A stretch of DNA of 38,677 nt, from IMG/VR virus record IMGVR_UViG_3300022217_000075, positions 1-38,677 of that record; one strand, written 5' to 3'. Shown here piece after piece: positions 27,201 through 35,175 of the stretch. Origin of the DNA: a virus. Lineage: Duplodnaviria > Caudoviricetes. How positions within the stretch are numbered: the stretch's first letter is position 1; the number at the start of each line of letters is the position of its first letter. A model generated the notes under the pieces. It saw nothing but the letters and a program-made list of their open reading frames with translations, was not told the origin of the DNA and made no database searches. Position numbers and translations under genes: made by a program.

Positions 27201-27709
27201 TGAGTGAACGCCGTACCACCACCCGCTGCTGTAGTGTCATCGAGCTCGAAACGATTCACGTCCAGGACAGTAATCGTGTAGTATTTTCCATTGAGCGATT
27301 CAATGCCTACCACATCCTCAATGTATACCTGATCCCCAGTCGAGTAGCCGTGAGATGTGATCTGCACAACATACGGACTCCCTGCTGTAGCTTCTATATT
27401 AGAGATTGCCTTCGACGCGTCTGTTATGTAGGTGCCGTTCTTCACTACCTTAATATGAAGATGCCCGAACTCCAGCGCGTAGGACTGGTCAAGGTTAAAC
27501 ACGAAGGGAATGAGTCTTGACTTCCTCTCGGGTATCGACGTAGGTGAGACGAACTGGGTACCAGGGCGATTAGCTGTCCCGCCGTGACGCAGCACAAAAG
27601 TATTCAGCAGCTTCTTCGCACCGGTGGTGTACTTAATCTGATCGGTGCGTGCGTGAAGCGCGGGTGCGAGCTCGCCGCCTGCGAATGAGAGTTGCTTCTT
27701 ATTTGCCAT
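24254..27709 (-). CDS. Tail tubular protein B / nozzle (T7 gp12-like) with inserted domains
   Basis: SFAGGELAP...R.D...Y, GG..NRPGT.FV, RLIPFVF, Q.ADV, FP....YYQQR, AYQQTP.SIVW.VR.DG, AWH.H, VGLPY, Q..PLPLSVL. Confidence 0.93.
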   Translation of the reverse strand: MANKKQLSFAGGELAPALHARTDQIKYTTGAKKLLNTFVLRHGGTANRPGTQFVSPTSIPERKSRLIPFVFNLDQSYALEFGHLHIKVVKNGTYITDASKAISNIEATAGSPYVVQITSHGYSTGDQVYIEDVVGIESLNGKYYTITVLDVNRFELDDTTAAGGGTAFTHEDLTDSSWIETDTGAKMVVSGGPPSKADLTTNRHVPAVSLHKDFGADYFDGNYIIDWTTRVNGTFASYAVLGFPTLHNLSGGAGDGWDIYQDGDQEGGIWFHDGTPGLHARIYVRHNSILTELRTYGVSLNTDYYMRMERDEDASPYGDIIWSIYPTDADRTNDTNLIYRQSTSITAAQGKKDWRYMTATYGWADQPGTWACTGWVSDVRHTNNPGDPGDGDTYTSGGTAERVYSFATGYPEEDLFTLEYTQSADVLTITHPHHPIKDVTRLADDDWSINTQSFAATIATPANLASDASGTAFYYKVTAVDAETNEESLPTAEIGSSTETSNLSWDTVTGAGMYNIYKKLNGVFGFIGVAGAEASPTFKCDSYLADTTDTPPEDRQPFALGDADNITAISQADPCVVTIGAHTYVVGDHIWIEGITGMTELNNLLFYVSAVTATTVALADPHTFVDIDSTAYTAWASGGTVQEANNFPATSTYYQQRMMYGFQRNNTEGIWGSKSGLRKNMMVSTPLQDDDAVTFSIVGRQVNAVKHLLDVGELVVFTASGEWIIQGDGAGILTPSAINPKQQTANGCSDLAPLVVDGNAIYVQARGSIIRDLGYEYESNGYRGSELSIFAAHLFDNYTLVDWAYQQTPHSIVWAVRDDGTLLGMTYIREQQINAWHQHTFGGGVESVCVIPEAGRDVLYMVVKRTIQGVVHRYIEKLTPRPIDDIVDAVFMDSSLSYDGRHTGSTTMTLSGGSLWLYEEEMTLTASAAAFFTTDVGNQYWLTVGTETLRCTVTAYTSDTIVTVRPHMTVPSVMRDSVISTWARAVDQLSGLDHLEGEDVSVFADGFVVANPNNSAYDVLTVSGGSITLEKPYTVIHVGLPYISDLETLRMDNAEGASLADKRKNVSSLTVFLEDSRGGWVGPNEDALNEFKQRSDEGYSDPIALRSGTQEIAMQPEWNAEGGILIRQTDPLPLSVLAVVPSGYLAATTKR

Positions 27710-28013
27710 AGAGCTTTTTACCTATGTCTTCGCCAGGCGCTTCTCCGAGCTCCATGTCAGTGATCTGCAGCGTGAGCGTTCTATAGTCCTTGCCGCTGTC
27801 AGAGGATGATTCGCTGACTCCAGTAACATCGACCTTTGCTTCAAGTGTCAGCTTCGTCCCTACCTCGGGGAGCTCAGAGATCCCCAGCTTGTCCAGCGCC
27901 TCTTTGTCAAGGCTGATACTGAGGCCGTAGGGATACTCTGGTCCTGTGTAGGGTTTAGCCTCCACCGTCTCTTTCTTCTCAGCCTTGCTCAACTTCATGG
28001 ACTTCATTGCCAT
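27699..28013 (-). CDS. Small virion protein (capsid staple protein-like)
   Basis: YPYGLSISLD...LDKLG...LPEVG...LQITDM pattern, found between adaptor and nozzle in BPP-1/Bcep22-like phages. Confidence 0.7.
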   Translation of the reverse strand: MAMKSMKLSKAEKKETVEAKPYTGPEYPYGLSISLDKEALDKLGISELPEVGTKLTLEAKVDVTGVSESSSDSGKDYRTLTLQITDMELGEAPGEDIGKKLYGK

Positions 28014-28015
28014 AA

Positions 28016-28621
28016 TTAATCTCTCGCCCTTACAGCCTCAGCTTCGGGCGGCTCCTCGTCCTGCTGCTCATTGAATGCTTCATTAGCTGCCCTGGTCACT
28101 TCGTAATTGTACATCGAGAGAGCTTCCTTAGCGAGACCGAACTGATCTCCTTTTGTGAGTCTCGGACCTACCAGGTGCGCAAGATAGAACGACACAGCCA
28201 GCGTAAAGCCCGCAGAGAACAGAGTCGGATCCGACGCGTAGGCAGTGTACTCGACTTCCATATCATCCTGATCGGTGTAGATCAATTTACCGGTATCGGA
28301 TCCTACTATCCTGTAGGGAGCTCGCGTTTGTCGGCTGTCATTCCTAACACCGGAGAGCACCCTCACGATCCTTGAACAGTTCGTCGGGTACCTGTAAGAG
28401 TAGCCCCACTCGGTAGTGGGCTCAGTCTCTATCAATGCGAGAGCGAGGAACCTTGTAAGGAATGGCCACGGAGCTGACTCGGCAACCTTCTTCACTGCAA
28501 TGTCGTAGAAACGCCTGCAAGCTCTAGCCTCTTCGCTCTGCTCAATTTCGAGGTTAGATATGACATAAGCGTGAGCCAGGTGACTCAATGCCAGGTTCGC
28601 TATTTCAGTATCGGATGCCAT
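28016..28621 (-). CDS. Tail tubular protein A / head-tail adaptor (T7 gp11-like)
   Basis: EIANLALSHL...S.EARAC..FY...PWPF...W.YSY.YP..C.RI...IYTD. Confidence 0.9.
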   Translation of the reverse strand: MASDTEIANLALSHLAHAYVISNLEIEQSEEARACRRFYDIAVKKVAESAPWPFLTRFLALALIETEPTTEWGYSYRYPTNCSRIVRVLSGVRNDSRQTRAPYRIVGSDTGKLIYTDQDDMEVEYTAYASDPTLFSAGFTLAVSFYLAHLVGPRLTKGDQFGLAKEALSMYNYEVTRAANEAFNEQQDEEPPEAEAVRARD

Positions 28622-28632
28622 GCGCTATCTCC

Positions 28633-29433
28633 TTATCTCTCAAAGTAAACTTCAATGCTCGCAGAGGCTTCGGTAACACCGGCACCCTGCGTCTGCTGCG
28701 CTGAGACTTTTATATCACACTTCGGAGGTACTCTCTTCGGAAGAGCGAATCTTCGATATTCACCGTTAGCCTTGCCGCTGATAATATCCTGGAAGTGGAA
28801 AACTCCTGGTATCAAGCCACGATCAAAGTAATCGCACGTAGCTCGTAGAATCGCACGGTCAATCGTAGCAACAGTAGACGAGATACAGCCAGCGGACCAT
28901 GCAACCATGTACCCCCAGCTGACCGGAGTGCCGTCTGCCATGATAGCCGGGATGGTGTACGTACAACCGAGATCCATGTTACCACCAGCAGCAACCTTCC
29001 GGTAGACTTCGGTGTTGCCTACATTCTCACAGGTGATATCACCTTCCGCTACACCGAGAGCGTTACCGCCTACTGCCATAACGTGAATGTTATTAACGCG
29101 AGCCCAAAGCCCAGGCACAGCCACGGATGTTAAACCGTCCATAGAAACGAGGTACTCAGTCTCTTGCCAGTTTTCATCGAGGCCGTGGACCATCACAGTT
29201 CGCGCCCCGCTCCCAGCAGCCGTGTCATTCGCACTGGTAGATTGTATTTCAACAGCAACAGCCGTATCCCCTAAAATCCCTCCTGGGTACTTCGTTACTA
29301 TATCACCGATCTCCGTTACATCGTCAAGCTGGTTAGATCCAACAGCACTATTATACCCGAGAACGGCGCGAGCTCTAGCATAGGTCATTTCACCTCTTGC
29401 TATCGCATCGCCTCTATCAAATGACATCTCCAT
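28633..29433 (-). CDS. Putative virion structural protein
   Basis: STSANDTAAGSGARTV...GLDENW pattern, beta-rich, located in the head-tail region. Confidence 0.65.
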   Translation of the reverse strand: MEMSFDRGDAIARGEMTYARARAVLGYNSAVGSNQLDDVTEIGDIVTKYPGGILGDTAVAVEIQSTSANDTAAGSGARTVMVHGLDENWQETEYLVSMDGLTSVAVPGLWARVNNIHVMAVGGNALGVAEGDITCENVGNTEVYRKVAAGGNMDLGCTYTIPAIMADGTPVSWGYMVAWSAGCISSTVATIDRAILRATCDYFDRGLIPGVFHFQDIISGKANGEYRRFALPKRVPPKCDIKVSAQQTQGAGVTEASASIEVYFER

Positions 29434-29588
29434 TATTTTCTCCTCGCAGAGCTGTACCTCTTTTTCCTGCTCATCCCTGCTTTAGAGTACGCTATGGCGA
29501 TTGCCACGTCTCGCCGTTTCCCATGCCTTTGCTCAACCGCAATGTTGTGGCTGATAACCTTTTTACTTTTCCCCTTTAGCAAAGGCAT
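29433..29588 (-). CDS. 51-aa basic phage protein of the MPLxKGxSxKVISxNI type (not in ORF track)
   Basis: Translated by hand: MPLLKGKSKKVISHNIAVEQRHGKRRDVAIAIAYSKAGMSRKKRYSSARRK. It has a purine-rich SD and TAATG coupling to the next gene. Confidence 0.85.
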   Translation of the reverse strand: MPLLKGKSKKVISHNIAVEQRHGKRRDVAIAIAYSKAGMSRKKRYSSARRK

Positions 29589-29606
29589 GGGATCCTCTTC
29601 CTCTCC

Positions 29607-29939
29607 TTACTTCTTACCTTTAGCAGCGCCCTTGCCCTTGCCGCCCTTGCCCTTGCCGCCCTTGCCCTTGTCGCCGCCTTTCTTCGCAGACGCCTTCTTT
29701 TTCCCTACCTGGCTGAGAGCAACGGGCTCCCGCTTGTTAGGATCCGGGTGCTCGAAGCTGGGTACATTTCCTTCCTTAATAGGACCGACAGCGGAAGGGG
29801 GAGTCTCAGGGGTGCTCATCGGTACCTTCTTCATCCACTTGTGCGAAAACTCTTTCTCGTTCTTGATCGTAAAGACGTTGCCCTCGCGTCTGCGTATACT
29901 CGCATACGTTCCCAGGCTCGTAGCTTCTACTCTAATCAC
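29607..29939 (-). CDS. Small head-region protein with a Gly/Lys repeat tail
   Basis: GTG start with SD AGGAGG; N-domain R.EG.VF...FS.KWM; C-tail of KGKGG repeats. Confidence 0.75.
   Translation of the reverse strand: MIRVEATSLGTYASIRRREGNVFTIKNEKEFSHKWMKKVPMSTPETPPSAVGPIKEGNVPSFEHPDPNKREPVALSQVGKKKASAKKGGDKGKGGKGKGGKGKGAAKGKK
29627..29671. repeat. 15-bp tandem repeat x3 encoding GKGKG units
   Basis: CGCCCTTGCCCTTGC at 29627 and 29642, and at 29657 with 14 of 15 matching. Confidence 0.9.
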
Positions 29940-29968
29940 AACAGCCTCCTGTTAGATGATAAGTTGTA

Positions 29969-29996
29969 GGGGAGCGACGCCGAAACGCCACTCCCC
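29969..29996 (-). terminator. Stable hairpin after the cement gene (terminator or mRNA stabiliser)
   Basis: - strand GGGGAGTGGCG-TTTCGG-CGTCGCTCCCC: 11-bp stem with two G-U pairs and a UUCG loop, but a weak U tract. Confidence 0.6.
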
Positions 29997-30006
29997 GAGG
30001 GTTAAA

Positions 30007-30483
30007 CTACTGGATGCTCACCGCGTCCGCGTAGACCACGTTACCCTGGATGAAGCTCAGCGGTACCAAGTGAGCCGTCACGGTGATGGTAGGCGTGGTG
30101 CCTGCCACAACGTAACGGATCCCGAGGAACTGCGCGGCCTCGCCCAGAGAACTGACAGGCGGGATCACTATGGCGAACTGATACCCGGCCACGAGCAGAT
30201 CCGCGTCCTGCGCGGGAGCGTCCGGGGTACCGGACTCGAAGATACGCCTACCGAGCAGCTGTACGCCGGTGGTCTGCGCAGCGTCGGTGGAGATCTCCAC
30301 GTCGAAGGTGTAGTCCTCGTCACCGGTGGTCTGGTCAGCTGCCACGTCAACCGTGAACACAATGGCCAGCGGCTCACCGTTGCTGAGAGCCCTCACTGCT
30401 GAGAGGTCAATTACATTCGTGCCAACAGCCGAGGCCGTAACAGCCTGGGCGTTGCTGAACATGTTAAGTGCATCAAGTATCAT
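30007..30483 (-). CDS. Capsid cement/decoration protein, Bbp16-like
   Basis: MILD....FS.AQAVTASA..TNVIDL...FLGIRYVV; immediately follows the major capsid gene. Confidence 0.88.
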   Translation of the reverse strand: MILDALNMFSNAQAVTASAVGTNVIDLSAVRALSNGEPLAIVFTVDVAADQTTGDEDYTFDVEISTDAAQTTGVQLLGRRIFESGTPDAPAQDADLLVAGYQFAIVIPPVSSLGEAAQFLGIRYVVAGTTPTITVTAHLVPLSFIQGNVVYADAVSIQ

Positions 30484-30517
30484 TTTTGTTTCTCCTTATC
30501 GAAAGTTTAAGGATTAA

Positions 30518-30535
30518 GGGGGAAGAGTCTCCCCC
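30518..30535 (-). terminator. Hairpin after the major capsid gene (weak terminator)
   Basis: - strand GGGGGAG-ACTC-TTCCCCC followed by TTAATCCTT. Confidence 0.45.
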
Positions 30536-30554
30536 ACATTCAGTTGCCAGTAGC

Positions 30555-31586
30555 TTAGGCTACCAGAGATTCGGTTTCGAGCAGTGAGTCACATATCCTG
30601 ATCGGAATACCCAGGAGAGTGAGCCCAGTCTGGATCCTCTGCCCGAACTGGTTAAGACCTTCCTCAATCCCGAGGACGTTGGTGGTCTTCTCCATCGCCA
30701 GCACCCGGAGGTGTGACATTACGGTACGGTTCGCGTAAAAGACCGGCTTACCCATACCGAGAGCAGGGATCCTGTCAATGGCGCGTGACATGAGCTTCGG
30801 CAGGAACGTAGCAGCCGTGGTAGCCTGCGACCCGGTGATGCCGATGAGATCGGAGATGTCGATATTCGGAATCCGAACAACGTACCTCCAGTCCTTGAGC
30901 GCAATGCCCATCTTCCACTGCCACCGATCCTGGTACGCTCTCATCCTGGTACCACCGATCCCCGCCGTGGTCTCCACGGTCACGAGGCCGAGGTCATCAT
31001 GGATGAGGCCCGCCTTTGAACCTTTGGGGAAGATACCGGAAATGGTGTTGGCTCCCCAGCAGGACAACCACACCGAGCAGTTGTCCGCACCAGATCCACC
31101 ACCCAGGAGGATGTTCTTCCCGTTGTTCGCAGTCGTGTCAGAGTATCTGACGTCAAGCCCGGTGAACTCCTCGGGCGCTACACCGCTGTTGCCGTAAAAC
31201 AAGGTCTGCGCCATTTCCTGATTCATGGCCTCAATGAATGCCTGGGCCTCACTGAGTCGGAAAGATGCAGTGTTGTTGTTGAGCTCCGCGAGATCCTTAT
31301 CAACCTCGGACCACGCCTCCAGCATACCGCACTGTTCGTCGATCTGTGCCGTGGTGCTCTTCGAGGGCTGCACGCCCTGGTTGAGCAGCCTCCACGCTAC
31401 CGTGGGAAGACCCGTCCTGGTGGTGATCCTGTGACCGGTGGGAAGATTACCCTCAAGGAAAAGCATATCCGTGAGGATAGCATTGGTCATAGACAGGAGC
31501 TCCACTATTGAAGGAGTCTTGCCTTTCGGATCCAGGCGCTTCGCCCAGTCCGCAAGGGTTAATACGTCATTGCCAATCGTTGCCAT
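30555..31586 (-). CDS. Major capsid protein, BPP-1 Bbp17-like
   Basis: LTLADWAKRLDP.G...IVELL...N.IL.DM...EGNLPTGH...RTGLP...; C-terminal GIPIR.CD.LL.TE. Confidence 0.95.
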   Translation of the reverse strand: MATIGNDVLTLADWAKRLDPKGKTPSIVELLSMTNAILTDMLFLEGNLPTGHRITTRTGLPTVAWRLLNQGVQPSKSTTAQIDEQCGMLEAWSEVDKDLAELNNNTASFRLSEAQAFIEAMNQEMAQTLFYGNSGVAPEEFTGLDVRYSDTTANNGKNILLGGGSGADNCSVWLSCWGANTISGIFPKGSKAGLIHDDLGLVTVETTAGIGGTRMRAYQDRWQWKMGIALKDWRYVVRIPNIDISDLIGITGSQATTAATFLPKLMSRAIDRIPALGMGKPVFYANRTVMSHLRVLAMEKTTNVLGIEEGLNQFGQRIQTGLTLLGIPIRICDSLLETESLVA

Positions 31587-31623
31587 TTTGTCGTACCTCC
31601 GTCGCTTGTTATGCTACGTTAAA

Positions 31624-32331
31624 TTACTTTGCAGCTTCGCCTGATTCGGGAGAATTGCCGTAGAAGATCTGCTCCATTGACTTTTCGCCGCCAGTCACAG
31701 CACCTTTGACGGGGAAGAACTTATCGTCACTCATCATCTTGCCGATCTTCGCAGCGAATCGTACCCAGCCCGGATGTGCTTCGAGGTTCGTGGCCTCAAG
31801 CATCTCTGCAAGCTCATCGTTGCCGAAAGTTTCCACCACCCTTGCGCAAAGCTCTTTGGTTTCCGTGAGGTGTTCACCGCCGAGTTCTTTGTCTTCTTTG
31901 ATGGTTGTCTCCCACTCTTTATGAGTGGCGTCGGCCTGAGCTTCGAGACTGAGTATGTGAGCGTCTACAGCTCCCTCCTCTATATCGACCAGATCTTGCG
32001 CAGCCTCGTTGGATAATCCTTGCTCTCTCGCTATGGAGGCAATCTCATCCAATCGTGAGGCGTCAAGTATCGAGTCTTCTGAGAGTTTCAGATCGTATTT
32101 CTCTGGAACCTCAGATTTCTCATCGCCTTCCTCTTCTCCACCCTTGTCATCTTCCTCGTCCCCTTTGCCGCCTTCGTCCTCGGCACCTTTGTCATCCTCC
32201 TCGCCCCCTGCGCCTTTGGCCTCTTCGTCCTCGGCACCTTTCTCTTCTTCACTGCCGGTCTTTTCATCTTTCTCTTCGTCGGTTACACCTTCGTTGGATT
32301 CCTGGGATGCACCTTTTTCGTCTCCAGCCAT
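31624..32331 (-). CDS. Capsid scaffolding protein
   Basis: Acidic disordered N-terminus, VPEKYDL, GLSNEAAQ.L, W...IK.DKE.GG, HP..VRF..KIGK.MSDD; directly upstream of the capsid gene. Confidence 0.85.
   Translation of the reverse strand: MAGDEKGASQESNEGVTDEEKDEKTGSEEEKGAEDEEAKGAGGEEDDKGAEDEGGKGDEEDDKGGEEEGDEKSEVPEKYDLKLSEDSILDASRLDEIASIAREQGLSNEAAQDLVDIEEGAVDAHILSLEAQADATHKEWETTIKEDKELGGEHLTETKELCARVVETFGNDELAEMLEATNLEAHPGWVRFAAKIGKMMSDDKFFPVKGAVTGGEKSMEQIFYGNSPESGEAAK
32172..32241. repeat. 19-bp direct repeat in the scaffold acidic linker (KGAEDE units)
   Basis: CTTCGTCCTCGGCACCTTT at 32172-32190 and 32223-32241. Confidence 0.85.
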
Positions 32332-32337
32332 GATGTG

Positions 32338-32697
32338 TTACTCCTTTCCTTCTGGTTCGTCTTGCTCTAGTTTTATGAGCTCCTTAGCTATAGCCCACTC
32401 CTTCTCCATCTGTTGAAACTCGTGAAACGCTCCCTCCAGCATGTCGTTCTTAATTGCCATTCCCACATCCCTCGCGCCTTCGTTGAAGTACGTCCATGAC
32501 CCACTGCGAGGATCTGCGGATCTCAGATCTATGTGGCAGAAGTTGTGAAGGATCCTAAAGAGCAGCCTGCGCCCTGATTCAGTTTGCATGACGTTCCTTA
32601 TATCAAGCAGCTCTCGATTGCGCTGCTCCTTCTCCAGCTTCCCTCCCTTCTTTACTTGCTCCTTATCTGCTGCGTTCTTTACATTCGCTCCACTCAT
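32338..32697 (-). CDS. Bbp19-like protein
   Basis: VM.TESGRR.L..IL...T.FNEG.R.VG motif between portal and scaffold. Confidence 0.8.
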   Translation of the reverse strand: MSGANVKNAADKEQVKKGGKLEKEQRNRELLDIRNVMQTESGRRLLFRILHNFCHIDLRSADPRSGSWTYFNEGARDVGMAIKNDMLEGAFHEFQQMEKEWAIAKELIKLEQDEPEGKE

Positions 32698-34439
32698 TGC
32701 GCTAACGGTGAACCCGCCTCCCCTCTTTTAATCAGTTCACTGAACACGCTATTATCATCTACCTGCATGTCAGCCAGGCTCTTCGCTCCCTGCGCCTGCT
32801 GGTTGAACTGCTCAGCCTTCGCTGCAGCTGCCTCGGCCTTCGCCCTATTGTCCCGGATGGTAGTAACTACGTCATCGGTAACTACGAGCTTCGGCGGTGT
32901 ACCCACGACTTCGGCGTACTCGTCGATAGCCTGGTCACTGTCAAACTTGTCGATCACGTCTGGATCGAACTCGGCCACCCGCGCGACGTACTCAGTGAGT
33001 CGATCTATACCAGCCAGCCCTGCGAGCTTCTGTGCTGCGTGCATGATTGAGATGTACTCAACCTTGAGCGGGCTGTCCGCAATCTCTTCCGGTGGTTCTG
33101 GAAGCAAGCCCTGCGCCTCCATTAACAGGAAGGTGATATCAATCAAGGGATCGAGGAGATCCTGATTCAGCTGTTCGAGCACCGGTCCCAGTGCCAGGAG
33201 TTTCTCCTCGTGACGCTCGTCTATCTCCCTTGCCGTTATCTCGCGTCGATCACTCTGCGAGAGCATGAGGAAGAGATCCTCAAAGTACGCACGCTGAATT
33301 CTCGTTTGGTGCTGGTCAATATCTTCGAGGAGATACTGGAGAGGCATATTTATCTCGTGCGCAGGATGGAAGCCCTTCATACCTTCCCGCTCATCGAGGT
33401 AAGTGATATCACCTGCCAGTATCGTCGGCCTCGCGTACTTCAATGCTGACGGTCCTACCATTGGAGGATTGACTATCTTCTCAATGGCCTGCGCCTTACG
33501 ACGCTGTAGTACCTGGAGTCCTTTGATATCACCGAGCGCCGCCATGCCAGGACACTCAGTGCCGTACACATCTTCGCCGGTGACTTCCCACCTGGGCGCG
33601 AGGACCGGGAAGTAATCGTACCCAGCTTCGCGGAGATAGATGTTATCCTCTGAGCTCTGACCCTGCGTGCCTTCCGAGGCGCTCTGCTCGAAGTACAACG
33701 ACTCGAACTTCTTAGATCCCAGGAGTCCAGGCTTATAGTCTTCGTTCTTCCGTATGATGTGGGTAACGTCGATCCACGTATCCAGCTCGCGCCGGTCATA
33801 GTAACCCTTCACATGGGACGTGAACTTCGACCAGTCAATAATCCCGTTGTTTGCCTCGCCGCCGCCGAACCTGAGTATCAGCTGCCGCACTGTCATACGG
33901 AACTCTCGCATATACACGGACGGTCTGCCCTTGTCATCGAGCCCGAGGTAGTACGAGCCGATGGGTAAAGAGTAGAATCGTATAACCGTATCGAAATCCT
34001 CCTCTACCAGAATGGCTGCGGTACCGAAAGTAGCCATATCTCCATACGTCAATGGGAGCACGTTGTAGATGTTCGACTTGAGCAGCACGGTGCGCATTCT
34101 CCGCGTCACGATGTCGAGCCACTCCTTAACCGGTCCGACTTCTGCGAGCTGAGGATCCGGTGTGGTGAGCTTGAACCACGGCCTTGCGGGTGAGGTGACT
34201 CCGCTCATCATTCCTGAGCGCGTGGTCCTCGCTGCGAGGGTTGCGGTGTTGTCGATGATCTTCTGGTTGCGCCGGTCCCCTTTGTTCGTGTCAGTCACCT
34301 GGAACTGGAGACGTCGAGGCAGTACGAAGTTCGCGAGATCTGCGTAGTGCGTGTCGAAGGACGCGCGCTCCTTAATCAGATCCGCTCTGAGGATCAGCAG
34401 CTCGCGCCTGCGTGATGTTCCTGTAGTCACGTACGCCAT
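32694..34439 (-). CDS. Portal protein (head-to-tail connector), BPP-1-like
   Basis: IIDNTAT.A......GMMSG.TSPARPWF, PRW...GEDVYG..CPG..ALGD, TA.EI.ER.EEKL..LGPVLE. Confidence 0.96.
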   Translation of the reverse strand: MAYVTTGTSRRRELLILRADLIKERASFDTHYADLANFVLPRRLQFQVTDTNKGDRRNQKIIDNTATLAARTTRSGMMSGVTSPARPWFKLTTPDPQLAEVGPVKEWLDIVTRRMRTVLLKSNIYNVLPLTYGDMATFGTAAILVEEDFDTVIRFYSLPIGSYYLGLDDKGRPSVYMREFRMTVRQLILRFGGGEANNGIIDWSKFTSHVKGYYDRRELDTWIDVTHIIRKNEDYKPGLLGSKKFESLYFEQSASEGTQGQSSEDNIYLREAGYDYFPVLAPRWEVTGEDVYGTECPGMAALGDIKGLQVLQRRKAQAIEKIVNPPMVGPSALKYARPTILAGDITYLDEREGMKGFHPAHEINMPLQYLLEDIDQHQTRIQRAYFEDLFLMLSQSDRREITAREIDERHEEKLLALGPVLEQLNQDLLDPLIDITFLLMEAQGLLPEPPEEIADSPLKVEYISIMHAAQKLAGLAGIDRLTEYVARVAEFDPDVIDKFDSDQAIDEYAEVVGTPPKLVVTDDVVTTIRDNRAKAEAAAAKAEQFNQQAQGAKSLADMQVDDNSVFSELIKRGEAGSPLAQ

Positions 34440-34442
34440 ACC

Positions 34443-34871
34443 TTACTCCCCTATAAGACGTTTGCCTTCACCGCCGCCAGTCGTACTCCTTGACCTGGGA
34501 CGTCTACCCCTACCGCGTCGAGCCCTGGCACCAGCTGCAGCGCCAGCCTGTTCTTTGCGCTTACGAAATGACGCCTGCCTCTCTTCTCTGGTCCCCTTCA
34601 ACTTCTCACCTGCGGGCGTAGTCTTCTTCTTCGCAGCCACCATCGCTCGACCAAAGATGCCCATACGCTCGCGCTCATCTCCGGGCGTCTTCCTCAGCAA
34701 TGACTCGCGCTTCTTCTCAGCTGCGGCCACTCCCCCTCTAAGGAAGGATTTCCGAGCACCTGGACTGCCGGGCTTCTTTGCCCCGCCGAAGAGTTTATCA
34801 GCAATGCCCCGCGTCCCACGTTTCTTGATCCTGTTGGTCATCTCCTTTAAAGGAGTTCCAAAGATTGCCAT
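34443..34871 (-). CDS. Basic pre-portal protein (paralog 2, ends KRLIGE)
   Basis: R/K/G/A-rich, tightly packed, and shares its C-terminus with the upstream gene. Confidence 0.75.
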   Translation of the reverse strand: MAIFGTPLKEMTNRIKKRGTRGIADKLFGGAKKPGSPGARKSFLRGGVAAAEKKRESLLRKTPGDERERMGIFGRAMVAAKKKTTPAGEKLKGTREERQASFRKRKEQAGAAAGARARRGRGRRPRSRSTTGGGEGKRLIGE

Positions 34872-34875
34872 AGCT

Positions 34876-35172
34876 CTACTCTCCGATCAGGCGCTTCTGC
34901 CCAGCTCTACGTGCCTGGACTCCGAGTGCGCCGGTTAGTATGGTTGACCTGGTGCGATCCTTACCCGCACCTGCTGCGCCTCGCCGCTTCTGCATTCGCA
35001 TGGCAGTCTGTTTCTTCTGCCGTGACTCCTCGCGCTTCTCGGATGCAATGCGCTGCTCCTGTTTCAGTGCAGCGCGCTCCGTCTGCTTACGAGCTTTCTT
35101 TGCGGACTTCATCTTCGAGTACGTGCTCACCGCACCCGTTACCAATATGGCTCCTGCCACAAAAAATGCCAT
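34876..35172 (-). CDS. Basic pre-portal protein (paralog 1), T7 gp7.3 position
   Basis: Hydrophobic N-terminus, basic coiled coil and STILTG...KRLIGE C-terminus typical of podoviral pre-portal proteins. Confidence 0.75.
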   Translation of the reverse strand: MAFFVAGAILVTGAVSTYSKMKSAKKARKQTERAALKQEQRIASEKREESRQKKQTAMRMQKRRGAAGAGKDRTRSTILTGALGVQARRAGQKRLIGE

Positions 35173-35175
35173 GCC

